A stretch of 48,610 nt of DNA from Desulfurococcales archaeon (GTDB lineage: Archaea; Thermoproteota; Thermoprotei_A; Sulfolobales; Ignisphaeraceae): positions 1 to 48,610 of the forward strand of contig JALWBS010000005.1 in the NCBI GenBank assembly GCA_027037025.1, written 5' to 3'. Made by a program: the position numbers and the translations under genes. A model generated the notes under the pieces. The model searched no databases, had not been told where the DNA came from, and was given only the letters and a program-made list of their open reading frames with translations. Every line of letters starts with the position of its first letter. Within the stretch, counting starts at the first letter, position 1. Shown piece after piece: positions 1 through 8,382 of this stretch.

Positions 1-244
1 TCCTTCCACCAACCACCTCCGGACGTATCTTGAGCGCCCTACCCTTCGTTAGGTAGTTCACGTAAACCTCCTTGATATCGATGGTCGATGGAGCCACTAG
101 GTACCTAAGCTTACCGGATTCGCTTAGACACATCACGTGGATAGTATTGGTCTTGCTCAGCACATCGAGTACGTAGCACTCCTCCTCCCTAATCGGTCGC
201 TGAACCGCGAAGAACTTGAGAACGCCTCGATCCACCCTAGGCAT
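1..244 (-). CDS. hypothetical protein, 3' end cut by window edge (81 codons visible: MPRVDRGVLKFFAVQRPIREEECYVLDV...)
   Basis: ATG at 244 overlaps the stop of 237..626 by 8 nt. The frame stays open to position 1. Absent from the ORF track because no stop lies inside the window. Confidence 0.4.
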   Translation of the reverse strand, partial: MPRVDRGVLKFFAVQRPIREEECYVLDVLSKTNTIHVMCLSESGKLRYLVAPSTIDIKEVYVNYLTKGRALKIRPEVVGGR

Positions 245-626
245 TGAGCTCCACCCTCACAACCCTCATACGATCATTAACATCGTCGTACCGAACCACG
301 ATCTTAACATTGTTTAGACACAGATCGTACTCCTCATAACTATTGTAATCCCGATAGAGACCCGGAAAGCACGAGTAAGCGACTAGATCCTCCTTAGACA
401 TCTCCTGAAGAACCCTCTCCAAAACCTTGAGCGATAGCTTGAGCCTAGCAACAGCAGACTCGAAATCCTTACCCTCCACAATATCCAGCAGAACATTCAT
501 CGCCTTATCCCACGTAATATCCTCACCAACGCTAGCAGCGATCTCAGCCTTGATCCTCCTCAATCTATTCAGAGTCTTTCTAGAGACCGGAATCGTGGAG
601 ATCTGATCATTAGCTTTCTTCAACAA
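237..626 (-). CDS. hypothetical protein, possible ribbon-helix-helix N-terminus
   Basis: 129-codon ORF. IPVSRKTLNRLRRIKAEI...ITWDKAMNVLLD resembles an RHH DNA-binding fold. The first in-frame start is TTG, so the 5' end is uncertain. Confidence 0.5.
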   Translation of the reverse strand: MLKKANDQISTIPVSRKTLNRLRRIKAEIAASVGEDITWDKAMNVLLDIVEGKDFESAVARLKLSLKVLERVLQEMSKEDLVAYSCFPGLYRDYNSYEEYDLCLNNVKIVVRYDDVNDRMRVVRVELNA

Positions 627-975
627 CCTAACACCAGCACACCCTATCTCTAGGACTCGGTTATATATTTAATTACCTATATAGAATGGAGAGGGTAAAA
701 CGTCTAATTAAAAGAATGTCCGCCATCGCAAGTGGTACAAGATTCCCACTATTTATATTTTCATCACAATAACGATGTTAATCACATAAACATCTAGAGC
801 ATTATGAATTCAGTAGAGATGTAAGATGCTACGAGAGCCGTACTTATACATGCTTAAACCTTGGTGAAGTACCATCTAGACTTATAAGCTCTCTAACCTC
901 TTTCTACTCGATGAAGGGATAGGGTGATGATGCCAATCAACGCTATTAAGAGGTGTCGATTGTCAATGCTTCCGA

Positions 976-1158
976 CATCGACATCAATTCTACCGATATC
1001 GCTACTGATGGGGTCTGGATGACGGAAGAGCATACACATCGACATCAATTCTAGCGATATCGCTAGCGACTTGCTCTAGATGTGGAAAGAGCATAGACTT
1101 CGACATCTATTCTATGTATATGCCCAGCGATTTGCTCTAGATGTGGAAAGCGTTCCAT
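976..1158 (+). repeat. 3 x 61-bp direct tandem repeat (units start at 976, 1037, 1098)
   Basis: Units begin catcgacatcaattctacc / catcgacatcaattctagc / cttcgacatctattctatg. They end ggtctggatgacggaagagcataca / ttgctctagatgtggaaagagcataga / ttgctctagatgtggaaagcg. Confidence 0.85.
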
Positions 1159-1524
1159 GACTAGCACTCATAATAGCGTCAAGGAATTCTATCGTCATTT
1201 TCTCCTTGGGCTCACCGTAATTCTATAATTTAGTTTCTGAACTCAATTCTATGCACTTCGACAGCCCCACGTACCATGCAATTCTTCATTTACTGACAGA
1301 CCATTCAACTCTATAGACGTATCAGCAAGGATCCTCATATGTCGATTACCCCCTATTATATATATACAGAGAGAGCGCGCACTCTCCCCACGTAACTCCT
1401 TAGGATGAGACCGTGAGCTCTTGACGCTTTCGATGTTTGTGCACCCATCGCTGGAATAGCTGTCGAGTCCCGGCATTTGGCTGTCGAAGACTGACTCTTT
1501 CGACTTGTAGACCACGTCTCTCCA

Positions 1525-1549
1525 CATATACATAGAATAGATGTCGAAG
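1525..1549 (-). repeat. perfect 25-bp inverted copy of 1098..1122
   Basis: catatacatagaatagatgtcgaag is the exact reverse complement of cttcgacatctattctatgtatatg at 1098..1122. Confidence 0.9.
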
Positions 1550-1926
1550 TTCATCTCTATATACTTAACAGATTTCTATAGTATCTAATATTCTGGAGTA
1601 TATAAAAGTGTAGATGTCAATGTTATCTTCTATCTATATCCCACTGATATTCATCATATCAAGGTATAGAATTGAAAGTCGAGAACTCAAGTTCTATTCA
1701 TTGAAGGTTTGTCAAGTCATAAATGTATAGACCTTGAAGGTCATCTTGTTTAAGAAACTATCGCAGTAGTTACAATTGAGGTTTATACCCCCAGAGTACA
1801 CTCTTGCAAAGAGGTGAAAAGTGCACCACAGAACTATGTCGAAACAGATGAAAAGAGCAAACCTCCCACTTCAGACCCACTTGTCACGCTGACGAATGAG
1901 TTAAACAGTTAGTATCATCGATTCAA

Positions 1927-1944
1927 TTGACATCAACTCTATAC
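1927..1944 (+). repeat. dispersed iteron-core copy (ttgacatcaactctatac)
   Basis: Close match to the core tcgacatcaattctac. Further degenerate copies lie at about 1243-1263 (+), 1610-1622 (-), 1665-1683 (-) and 2081-2095 (-). Confidence 0.5.
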
Positions 1945-2198
1945 AGTACACAGTAATTGTGTATATAGATGACTATGCCATGGATTTGATTCATGTTCAG
2001 ATAATCGATATAGTTGATATATAAATACCTGCTACTTACCAATCCAAGAATAGAACTTGGTTCATAACCATCGCATATGTTGATAGAATAGATAGTAAAA
2101 ATGTTAGCTAACCTACGAAGAGGTTCGGTTTTATCAATATTATGCTAACGATCAACTTAAAAACTCAGTTACTGAACCAATAACCGGGTGCTTGGAGC

Positions 2199-2471
2199 GT
2201 GATCACGTCAGAGAATCAAGCCGAAGGTGGAGTGCGGAAGATAAGTTTCAGCGAGTGGAAGAGAAAGACTATGATGCTCCTCGTGAACCTCGCCGCGAGC
2301 ACGAGCAACGAGAAGGAGAGAAGGGACTTGACATCGCTGATAAACGAGCTATACTCGTTGAGGTACAAAGACATTCCTATGTGGCTACGGTATCTATGGG
2401 CTTACTGCGAATATCATAAGAGGTTCGATGTCTGCAAAGAGATAACGTCATTCGATGTCGAACCTAGCTAG
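2199..2471 (+). CDS. hypothetical small helical protein
   Basis: 90-codon ORF with GTG start. It looks more protein-like than the overlapping 2192..2419 frame. An internal ATG at 2271 is an alternative start. Confidence 0.35.
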   Translation: MITSENQAEGGVRKISFSEWKRKTMMLLVNLAASTSNEKERRDLTSLINELYSLRYKDIPMWLRYLWAYCEYHKRFDVCKEITSFDVEPS

Positions 2472-2772
2472 AACCATATCTTTTCTTCAGTATTTTCATA
2501 GCTATTTGCATATCTATGTACTTGAGCAACAGCTCTTCGTGTTCGTTGAGCTTCTGCTCGATTTTCGCCTCTATCAATGGATCTAGCTCGCTACACATCG
2601 ACTTCACCTTGTTTATCTCGTTCAGTAGCATTAGCGTTCTCTCTCTTACCGATGATGATAGCATTGACACCGTGGTTAGAAGGTTCATAACTACCTTGCG
2701 AAGTCTATAGATGTACGCTATGCTTGGCGCGAACAGGCATAGAGCAAAAATCATGCTAAGTACATCGACCAC
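2464..2772 (-). CDS. hypothetical membrane-anchored helical protein
   Basis: Hydrophobic N-terminus (MIFALCLFAPSIAYIY) followed by a charged helical region. Confidence 0.45.
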   Translation of the reverse strand: MVDVLSMIFALCLFAPSIAYIYRLRKVVMNLLTTVSMLSSSVRERTLMLLNEINKVKSMCSELDPLIEAKIEQKLNEHEELLLKYIDMQIAMKILKKRYGSS

Positions 2773-2957
2773 GTTCGCACCAGCTCAAAGATGGTGTGGT
2801 CTTGCTATAAAACGCTGGGTAGTTTCTATACTCAATTAGTTCTAATAGTTGCAGAGATCCTATTATATATCTAATATATAGGAGAGAGCTATGGTGACTG
2901 CGCGGTGGATCCGAGTAATCGTTCCGCTTATATATCCCGCTAGATAGATCTGCTCCG

Positions 2958-3452
2958 GTGTCGCCCGTGTCTAACCAAATCAATTCTAACCTAAACATAG
3001 GATCGGTTGAAAACGCATTGAAGCACATCGTCAAGTACCTAGTCATTAAGAAGCTGAGCGGCGATGATACCTATATCGAGGCTATGAAGATGTACTTCCT
3101 AAACAACCTTAGTCCGAGCGATATCGCGGTAGCACTCGGAGAATCGAAGAACGTTGCTCACTCCGTTAGAAATAGAGTATACGAGATACTGAACAAGTTC
3201 AACGCGCCCAAGTCTCCCACGTTCGTAAGAGAGCTTGTTAGAATCGCTCTTAGATGCATCGAGTGGCTGGAGCCAATCCTCGTTAGAGAAAGGGGTTTGT
3301 ATAGATGCAAAGTCTGTGGAGCTTGGATAAGCATGGATAGATACTCTAGGACTAGGCACGTAGCTTATAAACATGCCAACCTAGTCAATCGATTGACACG
3401 AACAGCGCTGTCCAAGGCGAAGAACCTTGTCTCCAACCACGAAGATATCTAG
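2958..3452 (+). CDS. HTH + C2H2 zinc-finger DNA-binding protein (paralog family, 3 copies in window)
   Basis: LSPSDIAVALGESKNVAHSV helix-turn-helix segment, then YRCKVCGAWI...HVAYKH (C-x2-C...H-x4-H). Paralog of 37048..37608 and 32853..33311. Alignment with the paralog favours a TTG start at 3018. Confidence 0.7.
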   Translation: MSPVSNQINSNLNIGSVENALKHIVKYLVIKKLSGDDTYIEAMKMYFLNNLSPSDIAVALGESKNVAHSVRNRVYEILNKFNAPKSPTFVRELVRIALRCIEWLEPILVRERGLYRCKVCGAWISMDRYSRTRHVAYKHANLVNRLTRTALSKAKNLVSNHEDI

Positions 3453-3789
3453 CGACGATGTTGAGGAAGATCATAGATACGGAATAGCTATTTTAATCTC
3501 TCTAATCATCATACCCTTCGTAGCGATCTACCTATCGAAATTCTTTGAGCAACACCTAGAGGAGCTTGAGGTAGTAGCATCGATAATCGTTACGGTAGCA
3601 ATGATTTTTGCGCTGAGATCAAGCAAGCTAAGTATTCGAAGCAAGATCTTGATAGTAACCCTCGTCGTAGTCATAACCTTGGCGTCGTTCAACGCCACCA
3701 GTATTAGAATTGAAGAGATCTACTTCTTAATAGGGTTAATGATAGCGACATGGGTATCGATCTACATCGACACCTCACCAATAGAGTAG
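3427..3789 (+). CDS. hypothetical membrane protein (3-4 predicted TM helices)
   Basis: Long hydrophobic stretches (GIAILISLIIIPFVAIY; VVASIIVTVAMIFAL; ILIVTLVVVITLASF; FLIGLMIATWVSIYI). TTG start is uncertain. Confidence 0.5.
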   Translation: MSPTTKISSDDVEEDHRYGIAILISLIIIPFVAIYLSKFFEQHLEELEVVASIIVTVAMIFALRSSKLSIRSKILIVTLVVVITLASFNATSIRIEEIYFLIGLMIATWVSIYIDTSPIE

Positions 3790-3988
3790 CTTTATACTCT
3801 CACCTAGTTTGGGCTAGCCCACAGAGCGTTGCGCACACCATCGAGTTCTGATGGGTTTAAACTATATCGATATAGAGAATTCGATGAGAAAGGAATAGAG
3901 AGATCATCACCCCAGCTCTCCGGAGCGCGGTATCCTCAACATAACACCGTTTATTTCATTACGGATCTAGAGTGTGTTGGTGACGTAA

Positions 3989-4585
3989 ATGAGCTACAGA
4001 CCTAGGTCAATAACCATAAGCGAGCTTCGGAAACGACCCATTGAAGAGCTTGCGAAGATACATATGGATCTAACAAGGTACATCGTCGCTATGCAACAAG
4101 GAAAGTTTAGAGAAGCCGAGCACATATCAAAGATTCTCTTTTCTGAGCTGGGAACAGAGATAACCAACGTTCTTCAAGCCGATGAAATAAGGAGAGAGGT
4201 TCATAAGGTAATCAAGGAGAGAGCGATTGAAGAAGCTAGAAAGAACGATACTAAGATCGTTATAAAGGCTCCATTCGTAATTCCAGATGTTGAAGCGGTT
4301 GCGCTATCCTTCGCTGATAAGCTGAAGTATGGAAAGGTGGTTATCGATAGGGATAGTATTCAGATAGACGAGCATGAGATCATGTACTACAGAAGCCATG
4401 TAGAGCCTGTTGGGTATGGTATGCATATATCGATCGATAAGATAGGTAATAGATTGGAGCTAAACGGAGAGGTTTATGGGAGGATAGGCGAGGATATAGA
4501 CTACGAATACGTGATAGAATCCATGTCGCTCAGAGATGTTAAGAAGCTCATCGACTCTGGGGAGCTGAACATCGATGAGATATGA
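3989..4585 (+). CDS. hypothetical protein
   Basis: 198-codon ORF. GGTGA SD-like site 5 nt upstream of the ATG, and a TTTATTT box about 35 nt upstream. Confidence 0.6.
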   Translation: MSYRPRSITISELRKRPIEELAKIHMDLTRYIVAMQQGKFREAEHISKILFSELGTEITNVLQADEIRREVHKVIKERAIEEARKNDTKIVIKAPFVIPDVEAVALSFADKLKYGKVVIDRDSIQIDEHEIMYYRSHVEPVGYGMHISIDKIGNRLELNGEVYGRIGEDIDYEYVIESMSLRDVKKLIDSGELNIDEI

Positions 4586-4654
4586 GAGGATGAATATGCG
4601 TGTAGATTCCTTAAGAAGATTCAGAGCGGTGATTTCGAAGGTCTTGACAGATAC

Positions 4655-5011
4655 ATGTTTATAATGAGCGATAAGTGCTTGACCGCGTCGGAGTACTGCT
4701 TCTTGTTGTCGAACGGAGAGTATCTGAACGTTGTTTACATGACTCCAGACACCGAAGCTATTCTAATAAGAGAGCTGGGAGACGAAGCTGTGAGGTTCCC
4801 AATAGTTGAGAAGCTTAGATCCCTTGGTCTGGATGCCTACGTGGATTATATATACCATGCGGCGGAAGATATTGGAGCAGAAGCTGGTGGTGTTGTACAC
4901 ATAGCTTTTCACAAGGATCTAGAGATTAAGAGCGCTGAGGACGAGGTGAAAGCGGCTAGGGAGATCGAGAGGATATTGAATGGAATAGCAAAGATATGGA
5001 AAGGTATGTAG
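4655..5011 (+). CDS. hypothetical protein
   Basis: 118-codon acidic ORF in the same orientation as its neighbours. Confidence 0.5.
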   Translation: MFIMSDKCLTASEYCFLLSNGEYLNVVYMTPDTEAILIRELGDEAVRFPIVEKLRSLGLDAYVDYIYHAAEDIGAEAGGVVHIAFHKDLEIKSAEDEVKAAREIERILNGIAKIWKGM

Positions 5012-6780
5012 CGCTATACCTTCGTATAAAACGATTTATTTATTTTGTGGATATGGTGATCGGTGTTAGCTTGTCGAAGTACAAGGATCTTCATATAGGG
5101 GTTATCATCTCTAAGAATCTCCGCATCGTTCCTAGAGCTAAGCATATCGAGGTTTGTCTCGCTCCCATTCCTGAATTCGGCTTTCTAGCTACGCCCAAGG
5201 AACTGTGTCAAGATCTCAAATCTATGCGTAGAGATGTTTCTCGTCATATCGAACCGATCTCGTTTGAATCTCCTATACGCGATGTAGCCCGCTTCTTTAC
5301 CTACGAAATAATCTCAAGAATTGGTTTTCCATCAGCGAAAGTCGAGATGATTGAACCCGATCGCTTCGAGGTAATGCTACGCAGAGCTATATCCACTATT
5401 ATTAGCTCTAGTTGTGATACTAGCAATGCCGATCCTAGCTATGTGCTATACGTAGATGGGGGAATCAAGATTTACCCAGCTGTTAAGATTGGTAAAAGCG
5501 TTGCTACTCTGGTACCCATGGTTATAAGCGAGGAAATTGCTGAAAAGATACTGAGCGCAACCTTCTTCTTCGACCTAGAAAGAGCCTTGCGGCAACAGTT
5601 GCTTAACATGGATCTCATACATGTTCTACACATTCTTCATAGACCAGCATCTACATCGAGCTTAGAACGTGTACTACGCGAAAGACCGTTACCTAGAGAA
5701 GAACTCGAAAAACTTCTACAGGTCTTTAACATCGCTAGGAAGCTTAGCCAAATCAAGGAATGGTTCAAACATACCATCGAGATCAATAGGGGAATTTCGA
5801 CGATCGTCGACGCACTGAAATCCATTACGTCAGTGGTTCTCTTCGGTAGGTGCTCACTAATTAAGTATATTAGCTCCAAGATCTGCTCGTTGCTAGATCT
5901 ACTAGATTTCGATTTGTATAAGGGATACCTCACTCCAAAAACAATCGAGGGCATAGAAGCGGTTGCGAAGATGCTTAAAGATATCGGTATCGAGGTACGC
6001 AAACCGAAGAAAATCAGGAACTTGGAAACCGCCCTACGCACAACGATGGAGATGATTATGAACTTTGCTTCGTTCTTAACTAAGCTATTTAAAAACGGCT
6101 ATTTCATAGCTACGAAGAACAGCATTGGAGAAAGAGTGGTACTACGGTTTCTAACTGCGTTGAGCAACCTAGCAGACTCTGGATTACCTATAAATCCCAA
6201 CGATCTGAAGTACTCTGTCATAATCGTAGCTCCAGAATCGATATACGTAGAAGTTTCGACATCTCCTATTAACTTCATTGACGCAGTTATAGACTACCGC
6301 AATGGTGTAGCTGATATAGTCTGTACTGGCAAAGCGTATCGTCAATACATTGCATCACTTATACAACGCTTAATTCATCCGAAGGAAGTGCGCGAGGTTA
6401 AAGATCGTATAGTGATAGAGTTCGAGCCGTCTCCAGAGAACGTTGAGAAGTTGTGTGCGGCTTTAGCTACTATGATGTCTTTCGATGCTAGGTGGGAAGA
6501 GATATCGTTAGAAGCGCAGAACGCCGCAGAGAAGCTAATCAACGAAAATCCAGAGAAAGCTCTGGAGATCATATCTAGGGAAATAGGTGTTTCACTAGAT
6601 GAGCTGAAGAGATATGCAAAGAAGATCGCTTTGATCATGTCCTCAGCAACGCTTGAAGAATACGAGAAGTGGTTTAAGAACGAGGTTGTCGAGACCTCTA
6701 TATCTGTAAGTAGAGAGCTAGAAACGTTATCTAATATCCTATCTAAGTACTTATCTAAGGTTAGGCAAGGAAGTCGATAG
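4996..6780 (+). CDS. hypothetical large protein (594 aa)
   Basis: Long uninterrupted ORF. An alternative ATG at 5053 sits about 20 nt downstream of cgatttatttatttt (TATA-like). Confidence 0.7.
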   Translation: MERYVALYLRIKRFIYFVDMVIGVSLSKYKDLHIGVIISKNLRIVPRAKHIEVCLAPIPEFGFLATPKELCQDLKSMRRDVSRHIEPISFESPIRDVARFFTYEIISRIGFPSAKVEMIEPDRFEVMLRRAISTIISSSCDTSNADPSYVLYVDGGIKIYPAVKIGKSVATLVPMVISEEIAEKILSATFFFDLERALRQQLLNMDLIHVLHILHRPASTSSLERVLRERPLPREELEKLLQVFNIARKLSQIKEWFKHTIEINRGISTIVDALKSITSVVLFGRCSLIKYISSKICSLLDLLDFDLYKGYLTPKTIEGIEAVAKMLKDIGIEVRKPKKIRNLETALRTTMEMIMNFASFLTKLFKNGYFIATKNSIGERVVLRFLTALSNLADSGLPINPNDLKYSVIIVAPESIYVEVSTSPINFIDAVIDYRNGVADIVCTGKAYRQYIASLIQRLIHPKEVREVKDRIVIEFEPSPENVEKLCAALATMMSFDARWEEISLEAQNAAEKLINENPEKALEIISREIGVSLDELKRYAKKIALIMSSATLEEYEKWFKNEVVETSISVSRELETLSNILSKYLSKVRQGSR

Positions 6781-6850
6781 CTTGCTCAATCTCAACGTTT
6801 ATTTATCTGTTCTGTATCTGAGTAGCTACGAGTAGGATTGAGGTGGGAGC

Positions 6851-7234
6851 GTGTCGGAGGATCAAAACATTTTGAGGATAGAGAGGAGGCGCAGGAGGAA
6901 GAGGAAGATCGAGATCATCGATAACGTGGTTGTGCTCAGAAAGAAGCTGGAGCACTACTTCGATCTACCGATAAACGTAGCTACGTGGGCTAAGAAGAAC
7001 CTAGATGTGATAGATTGGCTAGTCTTCGATTCTCCAATAGCTAGCAGGTTGAGGAATCCGTACAGCGTGCGAACGCTCATAATCTTGCTCTATGCTAGGT
7101 CGCATGACATTCCGATAGCTAGGATATCGAAGTTGGTGAACATGGCTCCAGAACAGCTCTATAGAATGGAGAGGATACTGGATAGGTGTAAGATCAAGGA
7201 CTTGGTCTACAACATACTTCGCCTTCGCAGGTGA
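6851..7234 (+). CDS. putative winged-helix-like DNA-binding protein (paralog of 36801..37208)
   Basis: Shares the W-x-K...V-x-WL...LLY...RM-x-RIL pattern with 36801..37208. Arg/Lys-rich N-terminus. GAGGTGGG lies just upstream of the GTG start. Confidence 0.6.
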   Translation: MSEDQNILRIERRRRRKRKIEIIDNVVVLRKKLEHYFDLPINVATWAKKNLDVIDWLVFDSPIASRLRNPYSVRTLIILLYARSHDIPIARISKLVNMAPEQLYRMERILDRCKIKDLVYNILRLRR

Positions 7235-7295
7235 AGGCGCTCTCCTTGGAGAGTCAAAGAAATGTATTTTTACGTCGGTTCACGTAGGGATTCAC

Positions 7296-7307
7296 AGGTT
7301 TTATTGA
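7296..7307 (+). promoter_or_regulatory. BRE/TATA-like box (AGGTTTTATTGA)
   Basis: Matches the recurrent AAAGGTTTTATTT-type box of this element. Lies upstream of the recombinase gene. Confidence 0.4.
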
Positions 7308-7370
7308 ATGGGTCTGAAGCGTGCGGGGATATATGGCGGAAACGCGCGTTTTCACGGAGGTGCGGGGAGC

Positions 7371-8015
7371 GTGTCGAGCGGGGAGATCGTGCTGGGCTAC
7401 GCTAGGGTGAGCATCGCGAGGGAGGATCTCGCCAACCAAGAGACGGCGATTAGGGAGCACTGCGAGAGGAAAGGCTACCGCTTGCTGAAGGTGTTCCACG
7501 ACGTGGTGACCGGCACGCTCGACCCTATGGAGAGACCCGGATTCAGAAAAATGATTGAGTACGCGACCGAGCTGGGGATTCACAAGGTTGTTGTATTCGA
7601 TGTTTCTAGGCTTGGTAGGAGACTCGTTGAGGTGGTTAGGGCTCTCAGCGAGTTGTATAAGCGTGGAATAGTTGTTGAATTCGTTAGGCATCCCGAGCTC
7701 GACACAACTAATCCGGTGATATACAACACGTTGATCCTCGCGTTCACGCTAGCGGCTGAGCTGGAGAGGGAGGCGATGAAGGAGAGGATGGAGGCGGCTA
7801 GAAGAGCCGGTAAGAGGGTTGGTAGGAAGCCGACTTCGATTCCATGGGACTTGGTGGAGAAGTACCTTTCGAGGGGGCTAAACATTAGGGAGATATACAA
7901 GATCTTGATCGCCGACGGCTACCTGCGATACAAGCAACGTGGTGAGGAACGTGTTCTGAGCTACGAGCAGTTTCGTAGAAGGGTAAAGGAGTTTATCGAG
8001 TCTAGGAGGCGGTAG
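7371..8015 (+). CDS. serine recombinase (resolvase/invertase family)
   Basis: GYARVS catalytic-Ser motif, VVVFDVSRLGRR, and a C-terminal HTH (LNIREIYKIL). Start re-called to GTG 7371, preceded by GGAGGTG at 7356..7362. The ORF-track start is 7308. Confidence 0.85.
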   Translation: MSSGEIVLGYARVSIAREDLANQETAIREHCERKGYRLLKVFHDVVTGTLDPMERPGFRKMIEYATELGIHKVVVFDVSRLGRRLVEVVRALSELYKRGIVVEFVRHPELDTTNPVIYNTLILAFTLAAELEREAMKERMEAARRAGKRVGRKPTSIPWDLVEKYLSRGLNIREIYKILIADGYLRYKQRGEERVLSYEQFRRRVKEFIESRRR

Positions 8016-8016
8016 A

Positions 8017-8382
8017 ATGGTTAAGGCATTGATAGAGGTTGAGTGCCCCAAGTGCCGAGCTATACACATCGTCAATCTAGATAAGTTCGAGAGCAAGATA
8101 GCCATTAGCTGTAGCTGCGGAGCGCTGTTCGTAGTGAAGGTGTCGATCACTGTAAAGGACTTCAGCGAGCTACTATCGATGCTAAACGAGTTCGAGCAGT
8201 GGCTTAGAGAGGAGAAGAAGCTTGCTAAAGACACCGCTAGAGCGTATGCTAGAAGCATAGAGAGCTGGATACGTAGAGGTAGCTACCCTAGATGCACTGC
8301 TCCGTTCGATCACTTCAAAGAGTTTCTAGAGAAGAAAAAGGGTTGGAACCCAGCGCTAGCGAGGTACGCACTCGAAATCTAG
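8017..8382 (+). CDS. zinc-ribbon protein with integrase SAM-like (core-binding-like) segment
   Basis: CPKC...CSCG zinc ribbon. FEQWLREEKKLAKDTARAYARSIESW resembles the N-terminal SAM-like domain of tyrosine recombinases. Starts 2 nt after the recombinase stop. Confidence 0.5.
   Translation: MVKALIEVECPKCRAIHIVNLDKFESKIAISCSCGALFVVKVSITVKDFSELLSMLNEFEQWLREEKKLAKDTARAYARSIESWIRRGSYPRCTAPFDHFKEFLEKKKGWNPALARYALEI

Larger units (their letters stand above)
640..2190. other. about 1.5-kb AT-rich non-coding region with iteron-like repeats (putative replication origin / partition region)
   Basis: No convincing ORF. Contains tandem 61-bp repeats, a 25-bp perfect inverted repeat, dispersed copies of the core TCGACATC(A/T)ATTCTA in both orientations, and a (TA)n-(GA)n-GCGCGC tract at about 1349-1382. 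Confidence 0.5.

Noticed and set aside
976-1158. Possible CRISPR array because of regularly spaced repeats
   Set aside because: There are only three units. They are contiguous 61-bp repeats with no unique spacers between them. The units are mutually degenerate and have inverted or dispersed partial copies nearby. This is iteron or tandem-repeat behaviour, not a repeat-spacer architecture.
1249-1554. 101-codon ORF in the non-coding repeat region
   Set aside because: It is built largely from the iteron and inverted-repeat sequence. Its start lies inside the 25-bp inverted repeat. The composition is low-complexity and there is no SD or promoter context.
7254-8258. Minus-strand ORFs 7254..7691, 7580..7900, 7878..8258 overlapping the recombinase locus
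   Set aside because: The + strand frames carry clear serine-recombinase and zinc-ribbon motifs. The antisense ORFs are low-complexity with no signals.
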